Assembly: GCA_963731735.1 (NCBI GenBank)
Contig: CAVSWO010000002.1
Coordinates: forward strand, 334,106-398,105
Origin: Candidatus Kerfeldbacteria bacterium
GTDB taxonomy: Bacteria; Patescibacteriota; Patescibacteriia; SBBC01; CAIJZX01
Direction: 5' to 3'
Length of the DNA: 64,000 nucleotides
Positions 1 through 10,844 of the stretch are shown here, in pieces (the first letter of the stretch is position 1; each line of letters opens with the position of its first letter). Below the pieces are notes generated by a model that was given only the letters and a program-made list of their open reading frames with translations, had not been told where the DNA came from and did no database searches. The position numbers and the translations under genes were made by a program.

Positions 1-234
1 ACAATTGACACCTGGCCTTGGATTCCAACTTTTGTCGAAATAGAAGGTTCATCAGAAAAATTGGTACACACGGTGGCGGGTAAATTAGATTTAAACTGGG
101 AAAGAGCTGTTCATGGAAGCGTCGAGACTGTCTACCAAAAACATTATGACTTTACTGAGGAAGAGATTGATGGGTGGTCTGAAATAACCTTTATCTCTCC
201 ACCAACCTGGTTACTTAATAAAAAAATATTATAA
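1..234 (+). CDS. 3' end of a gene truncated at the window edge; hypothetical protein (C-terminal 77 aa ...WSEITFISPPTWLLNKKIL)
   Basis: Frame 1 is open from position 1 to TAA at 232-234 with protein-like composition; no Met, so absent from ORF track. Confidence 0.4.
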   Translation, partial: TIDTWPWIPTFVEIEGSSEKLVHTVAGKLDLNWERAVHGSVETVYQKHYDFTEEEIDGWSEITFISPPTWLLNKKIL

Positions 235-253
235 AAAATTACTACCCTTTTTA

Positions 254-589
254 TTGGCCTTGTTACTTGTGGCGCCAATTACGGTTTACGCCCAAACCGC
301 CTCGACCTTTAGCATCGAGTCGGTCGGACAACAAATCGGGCTTGGCAGCGCGGACGCCAAAACCACCGCCATTAATATTATTCGCTGGGTCCTCGGAATA
401 CCGACTTTAGTGGCGGTCGTGATGATTATCTTCAGCGGATTTATTGCGGCCACTTCCGCCGACGCTGATCGAGCGGCCACCGCCAAGCGGGTGATTACCG
501 GCGCCGTGATTGGCTTAATTATTGTCTTGCTGGCCTGGGCGGTTGTGCTCTTTGTAGCCAACACCACCGCCAACGTTACCCAGCCCTAA
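254..589 (+). CDS. TrbC/VirB2-like pilin-family small membrane protein (paralog of the cluster at 57.6-60.2 kb); TTG start
   Basis: Signal peptide ...VYA|QTASTF, two hydrophobic helices separated by a short polar loop, C-terminal ...VANTTANVTQP almost identical to the 57639 and 58059 proteins. Confidence 0.5.
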   Translation: MALLLVAPITVYAQTASTFSIESVGQQIGLGSADAKTTAINIIRWVLGIPTLVAVVMIIFSGFIAATSADADRAATAKRVITGAVIGLIIVLLAWAVVLFVANTTANVTQP

Positions 590-642
590 ACAGCCCGTTT
601 TTCGCCGCCAAACCGTCCACAGTATGTGGACGGCTCAAGGGC

Positions 643-670
643 TTGACAATCAATCAAGATCCTTTATAGT
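643..670 (+). promoter_or_regulatory. sigma70-like promoter TTGACA-N16-TATAGT, candidate rRNA operon promoter (~580 nt leader)
   Basis: TTGACA at 643-648, TATAGT at 665-670. Confidence 0.4.
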
Positions 671-760
671 ACACGGGCTAGGTACTAGGTCCTTAAGTCT
701 ATCTCGTCCTGCGAGGTAAGAAGGGAAACCACTATCGGCTATCTTTAAGCCAAAAAACGC

Positions 761-772
761 GCTCTTTCAGAT
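761..772 (+). promoter_or_regulatory. boxA-like antitermination element in rRNA leader (GCTCTTTCAGAT vs consensus GCTCTTTAACAA)
   Basis: 8/12 match to boxA, between candidate promoter and 16S. Confidence 0.3.
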
Positions 773-1247
773 CATAAAAACAGTGAGGTTTTGCCGGGAA
801 CAAATTCGAGAATTTCCTGCCCAGACCTCTCTGTTTTTGTTTCGCGCTTGTGGCAGACCACACGTTACCGCAAGCCGGAATTCAGAGCCGCACCTTTCAA
901 CCCGATACGCCCCCGAGCGATAGCGAGGAATGGCGGACAAGATCAGTCGGGTCCGAAGTCGCGAGCGTCAAACTTGTTTTGCGCGCAGCGACGAGGATCG
1001 ACTCCCTTGGCGGGAAGAGAGGGGTCGGAAGAGAAACCGAAGCGGTTTCTCTCCGAGCCGATTTGACAACCGGAACGTGGTAAGAAGTATGTTCCATATC
1101 CGAGCGTAAGCAAGGATTGGGATTCCGTGTGGCACATGCATAATGTGTCATACGATACGTCAATAATTTGAGACCGTGGCTACTGCGGATAATCAGTAGT
1201 AATTCAAAGAGCTATCCCTGTGCCGCAAGGTGCGGGGGCGAACTCAT

Positions 1248-2747
<1,500 letters not shown>

Positions 2748-3046
2748 TAGGGAGTACCTACTTGTCATTCCGGACTTGTTCCGGAATCTGACACAAGGTC
2801 GCGTCTGTACTCGGTGTACAAGAAGACGCATAAGACCCTTCCCGAGCTCAGCTCGGTCAGGGCAAGCCTAGATGGTCGCGTTTCCCTTTCGACCACTCAC
2901 ATATGTGTGGTTGACAGAGGAGACTTTACCTCGGAATCGCGTAAGCGATATCCAAGGTTAGGTACCGTGAACCGGTACATACAACGGACCCAGACCGAAT
3001 CTGGGAAAGCCTCAAATTTTTGGCCGCTTCTTACCACATTCAGGTT

Positions 3047-3082
3047 TTCAAAAAAACCGCCTTGCAGTCGCAGGGCGGGTTT
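3047..3082 (-). terminator. rho-independent terminator for the 3104..3448 gene (hairpin CCGCCCTGCGACTGCAAGGCGG + T7 on minus strand); also ends the 16S region on plus
   Basis: Stem 3057-3078 with G-U wobble, A7 on plus = U7 on minus. Confidence 0.5.
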
Positions 3083-3103
3083 GAGCTTGACTGACCAGGC
3101 GCC

Positions 3104-3448
3104 TTACGTCGGCGCCGCTTCCGTTTCGTAGTACACCCGTACATCGATACTCCCGGTGAGATCGAGTCCGGCGTCTGCGAGCCGCTGGCGAGCCTGGTTG
3201 TTCAGGTTTTCCAACAATCGGTCTTCGCCAGCTGACCAGCCGGCTGCTTCAAGCTGCTCGGCCTGAGCACGGTTGAGGTGGTGCCGAACTTCCGCTGATC
3301 CATTGCGTATCACGATGACGTCTTCATGGCCATTGGCCAGGACGTCAAAGGCGGCTTCCATGAATACATGGTTGAGCGCCTGCGTCAGCGAGGCCAGGCT
3401 GTCCGCCTGGATTTCACTCGGGTGAGTAAATTGCTTTTCGTTTTCCAT
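3104..3448 (-). CDS. hypothetical protein (114 aa, MENEKQFTHPSEIQ...)
   Basis: ORF with strong SD GGAGGTGG 8 nt upstream of ATG at 3448; terminator downstream. Confidence 0.5.
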   Translation of the reverse strand: MENEKQFTHPSEIQADSLASLTQALNHVFMEAAFDVLANGHEDVIVIRNGSAEVRHHLNRAQAEQLEAAGWSAGEDRLLENLNNQARQRLADAGLDLTGSIDVRVYYETEAAPT

Positions 3449-3640
3449 AGCTACCACCTCCGGTCTGGAATGAGGAACGATTCGACCTTTCCTCAAGTAT
3501 AGCACCAACGCGGCGGCTGCCTAGCCGGGTTGGCAGTACCGGGGAGCGGGTGTATACTGTCTATAGATGTTGAATGTACGCCTAATTTCAACCAACGCCC
3601 GGGCTGACGGGCGGTTTTGTCATTAAATCGAATACGCTCT

Positions 3641-4279
3641 ATGCGCAAAACCTCATTAATTCTCGGAACAGCCGCGCTGTTGTTACTTGGCGCCGCTTGT
3701 ACCAAAACCGTCAACACGAATCAAACCACGAATGATGACCACGCGATGGAAGATTCGAATGGGAATACGAATCAGGCTATGGAAAACCAAAATAGTAATT
3801 CAGCGGTCAAGTCGGAGGACAATACCAACGTCATGCATGATGAAGAGATGATGAATGATACCACCAAGCGCAATGCCAACGAATCCGACGATGCTGCGGT
3901 GGTTACTTCGAACGGAAGTCTAACGGTTACCAAACCGGAAAAAGACGCGGATGTTGAATCGCCGTTTGCGGTGGAAGGAAAATCATCCGCCACCACGGTC
4001 TATGTTCGACTAAAGAGCGCGTCGGGCAAGGAGTTGTTTACCGTACCAGTGACGGTTCGCGATGGCGCGTACCATGTGAATCTCACCTACCAGGTAACCA
4101 ACACCACCAACGGCGTGGTTGAAGTTTTTGAGAAGGACGCGTCCGGTAACGAAACCTTGCTGACCAGCGTCACGATCACCCTCAAGACGGAAAGCAGCGA
4201 TACCACAAATTCTAACGACAACGAAAATAGCAATTCGAACGACAATACCAATAGTGACGATTCTGGGAGCGACAGCTAA
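3641..4279 (+). CDS. secreted/lipo-protein with N/T/D-rich low-complexity regions and an Ig-like (GerM/Gmad2-like) beta domain
   Basis: Signal peptide MRKTSLILGTAALLLLGAAC; central ~100 aa beta-rich segment flanked by N/T/S/D repeats. Confidence 0.55.
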   Translation: MRKTSLILGTAALLLLGAACTKTVNTNQTTNDDHAMEDSNGNTNQAMENQNSNSAVKSEDNTNVMHDEEMMNDTTKRNANESDDAAVVTSNGSLTVTKPEKDADVESPFAVEGKSSATTVYVRLKSASGKELFTVPVTVRDGAYHVNLTYQVTNTTNGVVEVFEKDASGNETLLTSVTITLKTESSDTTNSNDNENSNSNDNTNSDDSGSDS

Positions 4280-4407
4280 CCCTCGTTAAAGGAACCAGTA
4301 AAGCCTTGCTCATCACCCCCGCCGGATGCCGGCGGCCGGTGTTGGGCTTGCCTAATCATTCGCGGTCTGATATTCTACGCACGCTCTGTAAACAACTTTC
4401 GGTTTGT

Positions 4408-4484
4408 GGGCGATTAGCTCAGGTGGTTAGAGCGCGTCACTGATAATGACGAGGTCCGAGGTTCGAATCCTCGATCGCCCACCA
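4408..4484 (+). tRNA. tRNA-Ile (anticodon GAT)
   Basis: Acceptor GGGCGAT/ATCGCCC, anticodon loop CTGATAA, T-loop GGTTCGAATCC, encoded CCA. Confidence 0.9.
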
Positions 4485-4587
4485 ACGGGAAGTTGTTTGT
4501 TGTTTTTGCTCAGGTGGGTCACGCTCACCGGTTATGTAGTGATAATTGCGCGCCTGTCCCGTAGGCGAGTGCAGTGAGTCGTACGGG

Positions 4588-4640
4588 GTCACTGATAATG
4601 ACGAGGTCCGAGGTTCGAATCCTCGATCGCCCACCAACGG
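4588..4640 (+). repeat. 53-bp direct repeat of the 3' half of tRNA-Ile (copy of 4436..4488), att-scar-like
   Basis: gtcactgataatgacgaggtccgaggttcgaatcctcgatcgcccaccaacgg identical at both positions. Confidence 0.8.
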
Positions 4641-4989
4641 CTTTCTTGTTTTAGCTCAGGCGATTTGGTAGACAACGCAGGTCCACAACATGGTGTTTTT
4701 CTGAAAACACGCGCTTTATTATATTCATACGGGTGGTTATTTTTTTAGCCGCATTTGTTTTAATTTATGTTTGTGAAGAATTTTTTACGGTGAGAAAATA
4801 AAAATTGTTTCAAAATAAATTTTTAGGAGGTTTTCGCCGGTAATAATTTGTAAAAAATCATTGTTGCGTGTGGAAAAACGTGGTAAACTACATGCGCTGT
4901 TGCTGTGGATAACAATTTTCCTTCATAATTTGCTTGTCAATCAAACACGTCGTAAAACTACGACGTAACCAGAAAGGAGGTGTGTGTTC

Positions 4990-5097
4990 ATGGCGAAACG
5001 ACGAAAGGCTGCCAAAAAGGCGACCAAGAAACGAACCACCAAGCGGACGACGAAGAAGAAAACAACCAAGCGCAAAGCTTCGAAGAAGCGCCGCTAG
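4990..5097 (+). CDS. small extremely basic protein, 35 aa (MAKRRKAAKKATKKRTTKRTTKKKTTKRKASKKRR), possible nucleic-acid-binding protein
   Basis: SD AAAGGAGGTG 7 nt upstream, AT-rich promoter-like region upstream, terminator hairpin downstream; below ORF-track size cutoff. Confidence 0.45.
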   Translation: MAKRRKAAKKATKKRTTKRTTKKKTTKRKASKKRR

Positions 5098-5113
5098 GAT
5101 TTCGAGCTTCGAA

Positions 5114-5153
5114 AACAACTAACCTGTCTATGCGACGGGTTAGTTTGTTTTTT
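5114..5153 (+). terminator. rho-independent terminator (10-bp stem CTAACCTGTC/GACGGGTTAG + TTTGTTTTTT)
   Basis: Hairpin 5119-5143 followed by T-rich tract. Confidence 0.5.
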
Positions 5154-5165
5154 ATGTTCGGTGCG

Positions 5166-6407
5166 TTACGAAATTCTTTCCCGTTGTCCCAGCCAGGGCA
5201 GCGTCAACAGAAATAAAAATTCCAGGGATAGGTCATTCTTAAAATATGGTGTGTCAACTAGTCCATGAACCAGCACGACCAGCAGCGCGGCGGTGCTGAG
5301 CAACGCGTACATACGATCCGTCTGAGTGGCCCAGCCCCCTCGCCAACGTCGCCAAGCCAGCCAGCAGCCGGTCAGCCAAACCACTAGTCCTAAAAGACCG
5401 GTTTCGAGCCAAAGTGCCAGGTACAGATTATGCGGTTGCGAGACCAACCACTCAAGCGGCGGGAAATAATGGTGCGGCAGTTCTTCACGATAGGCTGGTT
5501 CAAAGTTGTTGGGTCCGATGCCAGTTAGCGGATGCTGGCGGACCAGGGCCCAGGAGGTTGCCCAGATTTGTTCCCGAACTGATCCAGATGAACGGCTGTT
5601 GAGATTGAAGCGTTGGGACAATTTTCCGGTTACTCCCAAAAGGCCGAGAACCAGCATCGCCGCGCCGATTGCCATCCAGGCACTTCTTTTTTTCCAGACT
5701 TGATTCGGCCAATGCCACCACAACAGTGTGAGTCCGGCCGTCACCGCCAGGTAGCCACCGAGCGATTGGGTTAACAGGAGTCCTAAACCGATCAGGCCAG
5801 AAATAATCCACCAACGGTAACCGGCGAAAAGTTTCTGGGTTAACGCTCCGACGCTGAACACAAAAAGTGGTCCGAGGTAGAGCGCGGCATAATTTGCTAC
5901 CGGCGCGAACCATGAACTCAACCGCCCCTCTTGAAGGGTGCTTCGAAACCATATCAGTTGACCCAAGCCCACGATAGCCACGCCCGCACCGCTGACCAAT
6001 GCGGCTTGGACAATCCAGGCCCGGTCTCGGGCTGTCTGAATTACTATTCGCAGCAGGGCGGCAAAGAGTAGCGGATCAACCAACCAGGCTTTGACCGCGC
6101 CCAGGCTGGCCTGACGATCGGCGGCGAAGCCGGTGGCAATCCCCCAGGCCACAATCCAAAGACTAAGTAACAACCAGGCACTCCGTGAAAGCGGCGGCCA
6201 ATACCAAGTCTGGCGTTTGGCCAAAATCGCCAGCAGAATTCCCGCCGCCGCTCCATACACCGAAAGCTCCAGCGCCGTGGTTGGAATTCCGGCCAGCACC
6301 GTCCGAAGCAAATAACTTGGCCAAGCCAAGATCAACGCTCCCAGGCCCCAGCGAGGCCGCCAAAAGCTCAGTAGCGTGATAATCGCAACTAGCAAAACTA
6401 TGACCAT
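5166..6407 (-). CDS. O-antigen ligase/polymerase (Wzy_C)-like polytopic membrane protein
   Basis: ~10 predicted TM helices, large periplasmic loop; family call from memory; start trimmed to ATG at 6407. Confidence 0.5.
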   Translation of the reverse strand: MVIVLLVAIITLLSFWRPRWGLGALILAWPSYLLRTVLAGIPTTALELSVYGAAAGILLAILAKRQTWYWPPLSRSAWLLLSLWIVAWGIATGFAADRQASLGAVKAWLVDPLLFAALLRIVIQTARDRAWIVQAALVSGAGVAIVGLGQLIWFRSTLQEGRLSSWFAPVANYAALYLGPLFVFSVGALTQKLFAGYRWWIISGLIGLGLLLTQSLGGYLAVTAGLTLLWWHWPNQVWKKRSAWMAIGAAMLVLGLLGVTGKLSQRFNLNSRSSGSVREQIWATSWALVRQHPLTGIGPNNFEPAYREELPHHYFPPLEWLVSQPHNLYLALWLETGLLGLVVWLTGCWLAWRRWRGGWATQTDRMYALLSTAALLVVLVHGLVDTPYFKNDLSLEFLFLLTLPWLGQRERIS

Positions 6408-7777
6408 AGCGGCGTTCGTTGGGCTCGCACCATGATGACGGCGGCCAAAAGTATCCAAAGTACCTGCATGATATGCGGGTAAAGAAGGCTGTTGACGAAT
6501 TGGCTGTGCAGAAAGAGCCCCAGTAGACCAGCCAACATGCCTAGTCCAAACCCTCGCCAGATGGGATCAAGCTGCTGATCCTTCCAGGTCCGCCAACATT
6601 CACGCAGCATGGCGATAAACAGCCAGATATAGGTCAGGATACCAAAGATACCGGTCGTAACCCACACGGTGAGGAAACTTGAATCCGACCCGCTGGCCGA
6701 ATGCTCCTGAACCGTATCGACATAGCCTCGATCGACCTGGACAATTGGATAGAGATTATACCCAACGCCAATCCACCAGTGTTTTTGAATAACCTCCCAG
6801 GCGTTGTGCCAAGAAACAAGTCGAAGTTTGGCAGTTTCATCCACCGTTCGAATGCCAATCACCCGCTGATTCACGCGCGGCACGAAGGCGACAATGCTCA
6901 TGGCTGTAAGCAGGCCGATCAGGAATAGCCAGCGCGATTTGATGAGGGTCACAATCCCGGCGCCAACCGCTAAGGCAACGTAACCGCTGCGTGAGAAGGT
7001 GAAGACGATTGCCACCGACATAATGGTGATCGCTAGCCACCACCAACGGGCGCGAATAAACGATTGCGAGAGGGCGATAGCCAGGCAGATGGTTGTTAAG
7101 AAGGCCAGATAGCCGCCGAGAAAATTTGGATCGAACCAGGTGGAAAGCAGGCGCCCAACGTGCGGGTCCCACCCCGCTGGTACCATAAAGGAAAAATCCG
7201 GAAAAATCCGCAGCTGTATAAACCCAAGCAGCGAAATCACCACGCCGGTCCCAATGATAAACCATAGGTACCGACGCAGGCGCTTAATGGTACGTAAAAA
7301 ATCTACGCTCATCAAGAAAATGGCGGCGTATTCAACCCAGCGAACAAGGTAGAGGCTACCGGTCATCAGCTGATCAGCGGTGTACTGACTGGCATTCCAT
7401 AACAGTGACAGGACGAACAATGCAATCATTGCCCAGAGCGGTGCGGTCAGGCTCGAAGATGGTAGTTGCCACCGGCGTGAAGCCAGTCGGCGCACTCCCC
7501 AAGCAATAATCAGCGGCGGCAATAAAACGTCGTTGACAATAATGCCGTTTTCAGAACCGGGAATCGGCAGCCGAACCAATTGTCCGATAACGATCGTCAA
7601 GATGCTGATAATAAATCCCAGCTCCGGTTTGACTACCAGCCAGCCGCCGGCCAGCAGCGCCGCCACGGCCACTGCTCCCACCAGCGTCCATTGTCCAACC
7701 ACCAGGCCAAGCACCAGGGCCATGAGGATTGCCACCGCTGGCCAAAGACGTCGAAAGACTTCCGGTCTGGGGATCAT
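6398..7777 (-). CDS. O-antigen ligase/Wzy-family polytopic membrane protein
   Basis: TFSRSGYVALAVGAGI motif typical of Wzy_C; many TM helices. Confidence 0.55.
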   Translation of the reverse strand: MIPRPEVFRRLWPAVAILMALVLGLVVGQWTLVGAVAVAALLAGGWLVVKPELGFIISILTIVIGQLVRLPIPGSENGIIVNDVLLPPLIIAWGVRRLASRRWQLPSSSLTAPLWAMIALFVLSLLWNASQYTADQLMTGSLYLVRWVEYAAIFLMSVDFLRTIKRLRRYLWFIIGTGVVISLLGFIQLRIFPDFSFMVPAGWDPHVGRLLSTWFDPNFLGGYLAFLTTICLAIALSQSFIRARWWWLAITIMSVAIVFTFSRSGYVALAVGAGIVTLIKSRWLFLIGLLTAMSIVAFVPRVNQRVIGIRTVDETAKLRLVSWHNAWEVIQKHWWIGVGYNLYPIVQVDRGYVDTVQEHSASGSDSSFLTVWVTTGIFGILTYIWLFIAMLRECWRTWKDQQLDPIWRGFGLGMLAGLLGLFLHSQFVNSLLYPHIMQVLWILLAAVIMVRAQRTPLWS

Positions 7778-8727
7778 ATGGCAGTGGGTTTATGGGTCGG
7801 ATACGAAACCAGTTGTACCAGCAGTTGCAGATATTGTTTTGTATAGTGTCGGATACGGCGGCCGGCGCGACCGAAAATCCAGCTCGGTATCCAAAACGGA
7901 AGCAGTACCAGCAAGCTGAGGATGGCCGCTAACCAGAGAGTCAGGAGCAAGCGGACTGATCCAAAATTTTTCCAATGTTTAGTCGCAAAATACCACAGCC
8001 CCCATAAAAAATTCCGACTGACTTGCGCAAAACGTTTTTCGGTCGAACCGTAATGCGTCAGTGTAAAGGAGCCGAGATACCATCGATCTTTACCCAAGTC
8101 CGCAATTCGTCGCTGCCATTCAGTTTCTTCGAGATACATGGTAAAGGCCGGATCAAAACCCTTGGTTTGTCGATAAATTTCGCTCGGAACGAGCAGGCAG
8201 ACGCCGGTTAAGTGGGCCACTCGACCGACGGTATTATGCATGGCACTCGAGTGCAGATACGGGTGCCACGGGAGACGTAACAGGATTTGTTGGACCGGTA
8301 AGCAATAATCCACGAAGACCGTCCAGGGGGTTGGAAATGATCGGTGCGCGCTGCGTTGCAGCCGGCCGTCCGAGCCCATGATCTTAGGCCCGGCCACCCC
8401 GACGTTTGGCCGGGACTGGGCGGCTTCGACAAAGGCCCGGAGTTGTCCGGGTTGCCAATCGATATCCGGATTTAATAAGAGTAACCAATCTCCCCGGGCC
8501 TGCTCCATGCCGCGATTATTGCCCGGACCATACATCCTGTTTTGGTCCAGTCGGTCGAGACGGACGTTTGGAAATTTTTCGGCTACCATGGCGGCACTGT
8601 CATCCGTCGAATGGTTGTCGACCACAAGAATTTCATGCGGCCAAGCCACGAACTCATCCGGCAGTTTTTCCAGCACCCGTCGCAGGTGATCGCGTTCGTT
8701 ATAATTGACCAGAATAATGGAGAGCAT
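7774..8727 (-). CDS. glycosyltransferase family 2
   Basis: ILVNYN...VVDNHSTD...NPDIDW (DxD) motifs; ends with TGA stop. Confidence 0.85.
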   Translation of the reverse strand: MLSIILVNYNERDHLRRVLEKLPDEFVAWPHEILVVDNHSTDDSAAMVAEKFPNVRLDRLDQNRMYGPGNNRGMEQARGDWLLLLNPDIDWQPGQLRAFVEAAQSRPNVGVAGPKIMGSDGRLQRSAHRSFPTPWTVFVDYCLPVQQILLRLPWHPYLHSSAMHNTVGRVAHLTGVCLLVPSEIYRQTKGFDPAFTMYLEETEWQRRIADLGKDRWYLGSFTLTHYGSTEKRFAQVSRNFLWGLWYFATKHWKNFGSVRLLLTLWLAAILSLLVLLPFWIPSWIFGRAGRRIRHYTKQYLQLLVQLVSYPTHKPTAI

Positions 8728-8730
8728 GGT

Positions 8731-10179
8731 TTAGGCGGTTGGAAGGGTTGGCGGCTGATTTGCGCGCTGACCGATAATTTCTCGAATGGTTTGGAACGAA
8801 ATGGCGCGGGTTACAATCAGTAAGCTCACGTACGTTACGGCGCTGAGCGTCAGGGACAGCCAAATAGTTTGTGCTCGCAGCACCCAGGCCACTAAGCCCA
8901 GGCCAATCGTTGATACTAGTGTGGCGGGCAAACTCCGCCACTGCAATCGAAAATGCATAACCCGTAATATTAATACGTAACCAACAATCGCGGTCAACGC
9001 CTCGGTAATAATGGTTCCGGTGGCGGCGCCGATATATGAAAAACGGGGGATTAAAATGAGATACAACGTAACACCAATCACGGCCACACTCAGATACGTC
9101 CAAACCATCTGTCGTTGTCGGTTAATAATCGTGACGGCATGGCCCGAGAGACTGTTCAGGAAGAGCGCTACCACCGCGATTAATAAGAGACGCAATATCG
9201 GGGCCGCGGGCGCGTAAGCTTGTTGTCCAATCGCCACTAAAATCGGCTCGGCTAATATCCAACCACCCACGACAATCGGGAGCGCCGCCATGACCAGTAA
9301 CTCGAAACCTTTTTGGAAAATACGTTGAAAGTCTTGGTTGTGTTGGTGCGCAAAGGCTGCTCCGAGGGCCGGCAGGAGTAACCCCACGAACATGATCGGA
9401 AAGGTGTTAAGAATTTCCAACACTTTGTAGGCGGCACCGTATAATCCGACATCGTAGCTCGAAGCAAAAATTGAAAGGAAAATCGTATCGATACGGAAGT
9501 AGATTAAATTCAGTACAATTGAAATCGCAACCGGCCAGGTATCGTGCAGAATTGTTTTCCAGTAGAAAAAATTAAAAAGCGGCCGGAAGCGCGTGTAGCC
9601 GCGGGCAGCAAACCACACTATCAACAGGTTTACCAAACTGCCGGCGACCACCGACAACATTACCTGTGCCAGGCTGCCGCCCAGGCTAACCACTGCAATA
9701 ATTCCGCCCAGCAACGCTACTCGGCCGATCAATTCGGCCAAGGCCACCCGACCCATGGCCAGACGAGTTTGAAAAATTCCGACCAGCAACTGCGTGGCCG
9801 CAATCGCTACAAATGACAAACTGCCGATCCAAATTGCCGAACGGACCGCGGCACTATACGGCATCAACAACGCCAGCAGCGCCCCCAGGCCCAGGATGAT
9901 GGCCGCCGACACCCAGCGCAATCCCAATAGATTCCCGACCACGAACCCCGTGTCCGCATTCGGTTTTGTCAGTTCGCGAATCAGCATTAAATACAGCCCC
10001 AGGTCGGCCAAAACCGAAAAAAATCCGAGGTACGCCATCGCCGTGGTATAGGCGCCAAACCCGCTGGGCTCAAGGTAGCGTTGCAGTAATCCAACGGTTA
10101 CCAGGCCAAACGCCGTCCCCGCAACTTTACCAAGAAATTGGATGATCGTATTGCGCCCGACCGCTTGTACAAAACTCAT
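8731..10179 (-). CDS. wzx: Wzx-type oligosaccharide flippase / polysaccharide biosynthesis protein (MOP superfamily)
   Basis: ~14 TM helices, typical N-terminal region. Confidence 0.75.
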   Translation of the reverse strand: MSFVQAVGRNTIIQFLGKVAGTAFGLVTVGLLQRYLEPSGFGAYTTAMAYLGFFSVLADLGLYLMLIRELTKPNADTGFVVGNLLGLRWVSAAIILGLGALLALLMPYSAAVRSAIWIGSLSFVAIAATQLLVGIFQTRLAMGRVALAELIGRVALLGGIIAVVSLGGSLAQVMLSVVAGSLVNLLIVWFAARGYTRFRPLFNFFYWKTILHDTWPVAISIVLNLIYFRIDTIFLSIFASSYDVGLYGAAYKVLEILNTFPIMFVGLLLPALGAAFAHQHNQDFQRIFQKGFELLVMAALPIVVGGWILAEPILVAIGQQAYAPAAPILRLLLIAVVALFLNSLSGHAVTIINRQRQMVWTYLSVAVIGVTLYLILIPRFSYIGAATGTIITEALTAIVGYVLILRVMHFRLQWRSLPATLVSTIGLGLVAWVLRAQTIWLSLTLSAVTYVSLLIVTRAISFQTIREIIGQRANQPPTLPTA

Positions 10180-10216
10180 ACGTGCGTCAGGAAACTATCA
10201 CGCATATATGGGGTCG

Positions 10217-10843
10217 TCAACGTACTGCTTGGCCAGTTGGCGGGTGTTGATGGTGGGGAACCGGTTTTTGATCATCCAGCACGGTTTTTGGATTCAGACT
10301 GGTATCCGGTTCCTGACTGTGTACCGCGTCAACCTCCCGTAAAATCAATTCAGCGATCCGGTCCGGATGCGGCACATCTTCAAACACGAAGCGAGCTTTT
10401 TCACCCGCCGTTTGAATATAGACGTTGCCGTACTTTAAAAATGTTTTTAGGGCGCCACGCACCTCATACGTCACGTCCTGAATTCGATACAAGCGCTGCT
10501 CGGCCACCGTCCGGTTGAAAAGTCCGTACTGTTCAATATCAACCACCCGTTTGTTTGAAACAATAAAAATGTCGAGGGCATAATCAATCCAGTAGCCATA
10601 CAGGAGTAACAGCAGAAATAAACTATATAGACTCAGGCCCATGACCACCAGCACGTAACTCGCGGTCCCGCTTACGAAGGCAAATGCCGTAAACGTAAAC
10701 AGGAGCCAGGTAATGGCGACCGGCAGAATGGTCAGCAGAAAAATTTGCAAAATCCGTTTGAAAAATACAAACCAATGGCGATGGAGCACGACGAGGGCAT
10801 GTTCATCGGGCATCGGACTGGGAAGCACGGCGGGGCGATACAT
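10217..10843 (-). CDS. membrane protein with bacterial PH domain (bPH_2/YdbS-YdbT-like)
   Basis: Two N-terminal TM helices followed by ...YIQTAGEKARFVFEDVPHP. Confidence 0.5.
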   Translation of the reverse strand: MYRPAVLPSPMPDEHALVVLHRHWFVFFKRILQIFLLTILPVAITWLLFTFTAFAFVSGTASYVLVVMGLSLYSLFLLLLLYGYWIDYALDIFIVSNKRVVDIEQYGLFNRTVAEQRLYRIQDVTYEVRGALKTFLKYGNVYIQTAGEKARFVFEDVPHPDRIAELILREVDAVHSQEPDTSLNPKTVLDDQKPVPHHQHPPTGQAVR

Positions 10844-10844
10844 G

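Noticed and set aside
613-633. Perfect 9-bp hairpin CCGTCCACA-GTA-TGTGGACGG downstream of the first pilin gene as a terminator
   Set aside because: No U-tract follows on the plus strand, and it sits upstream of the candidate rRNA promoter. Function unclear, so not called.
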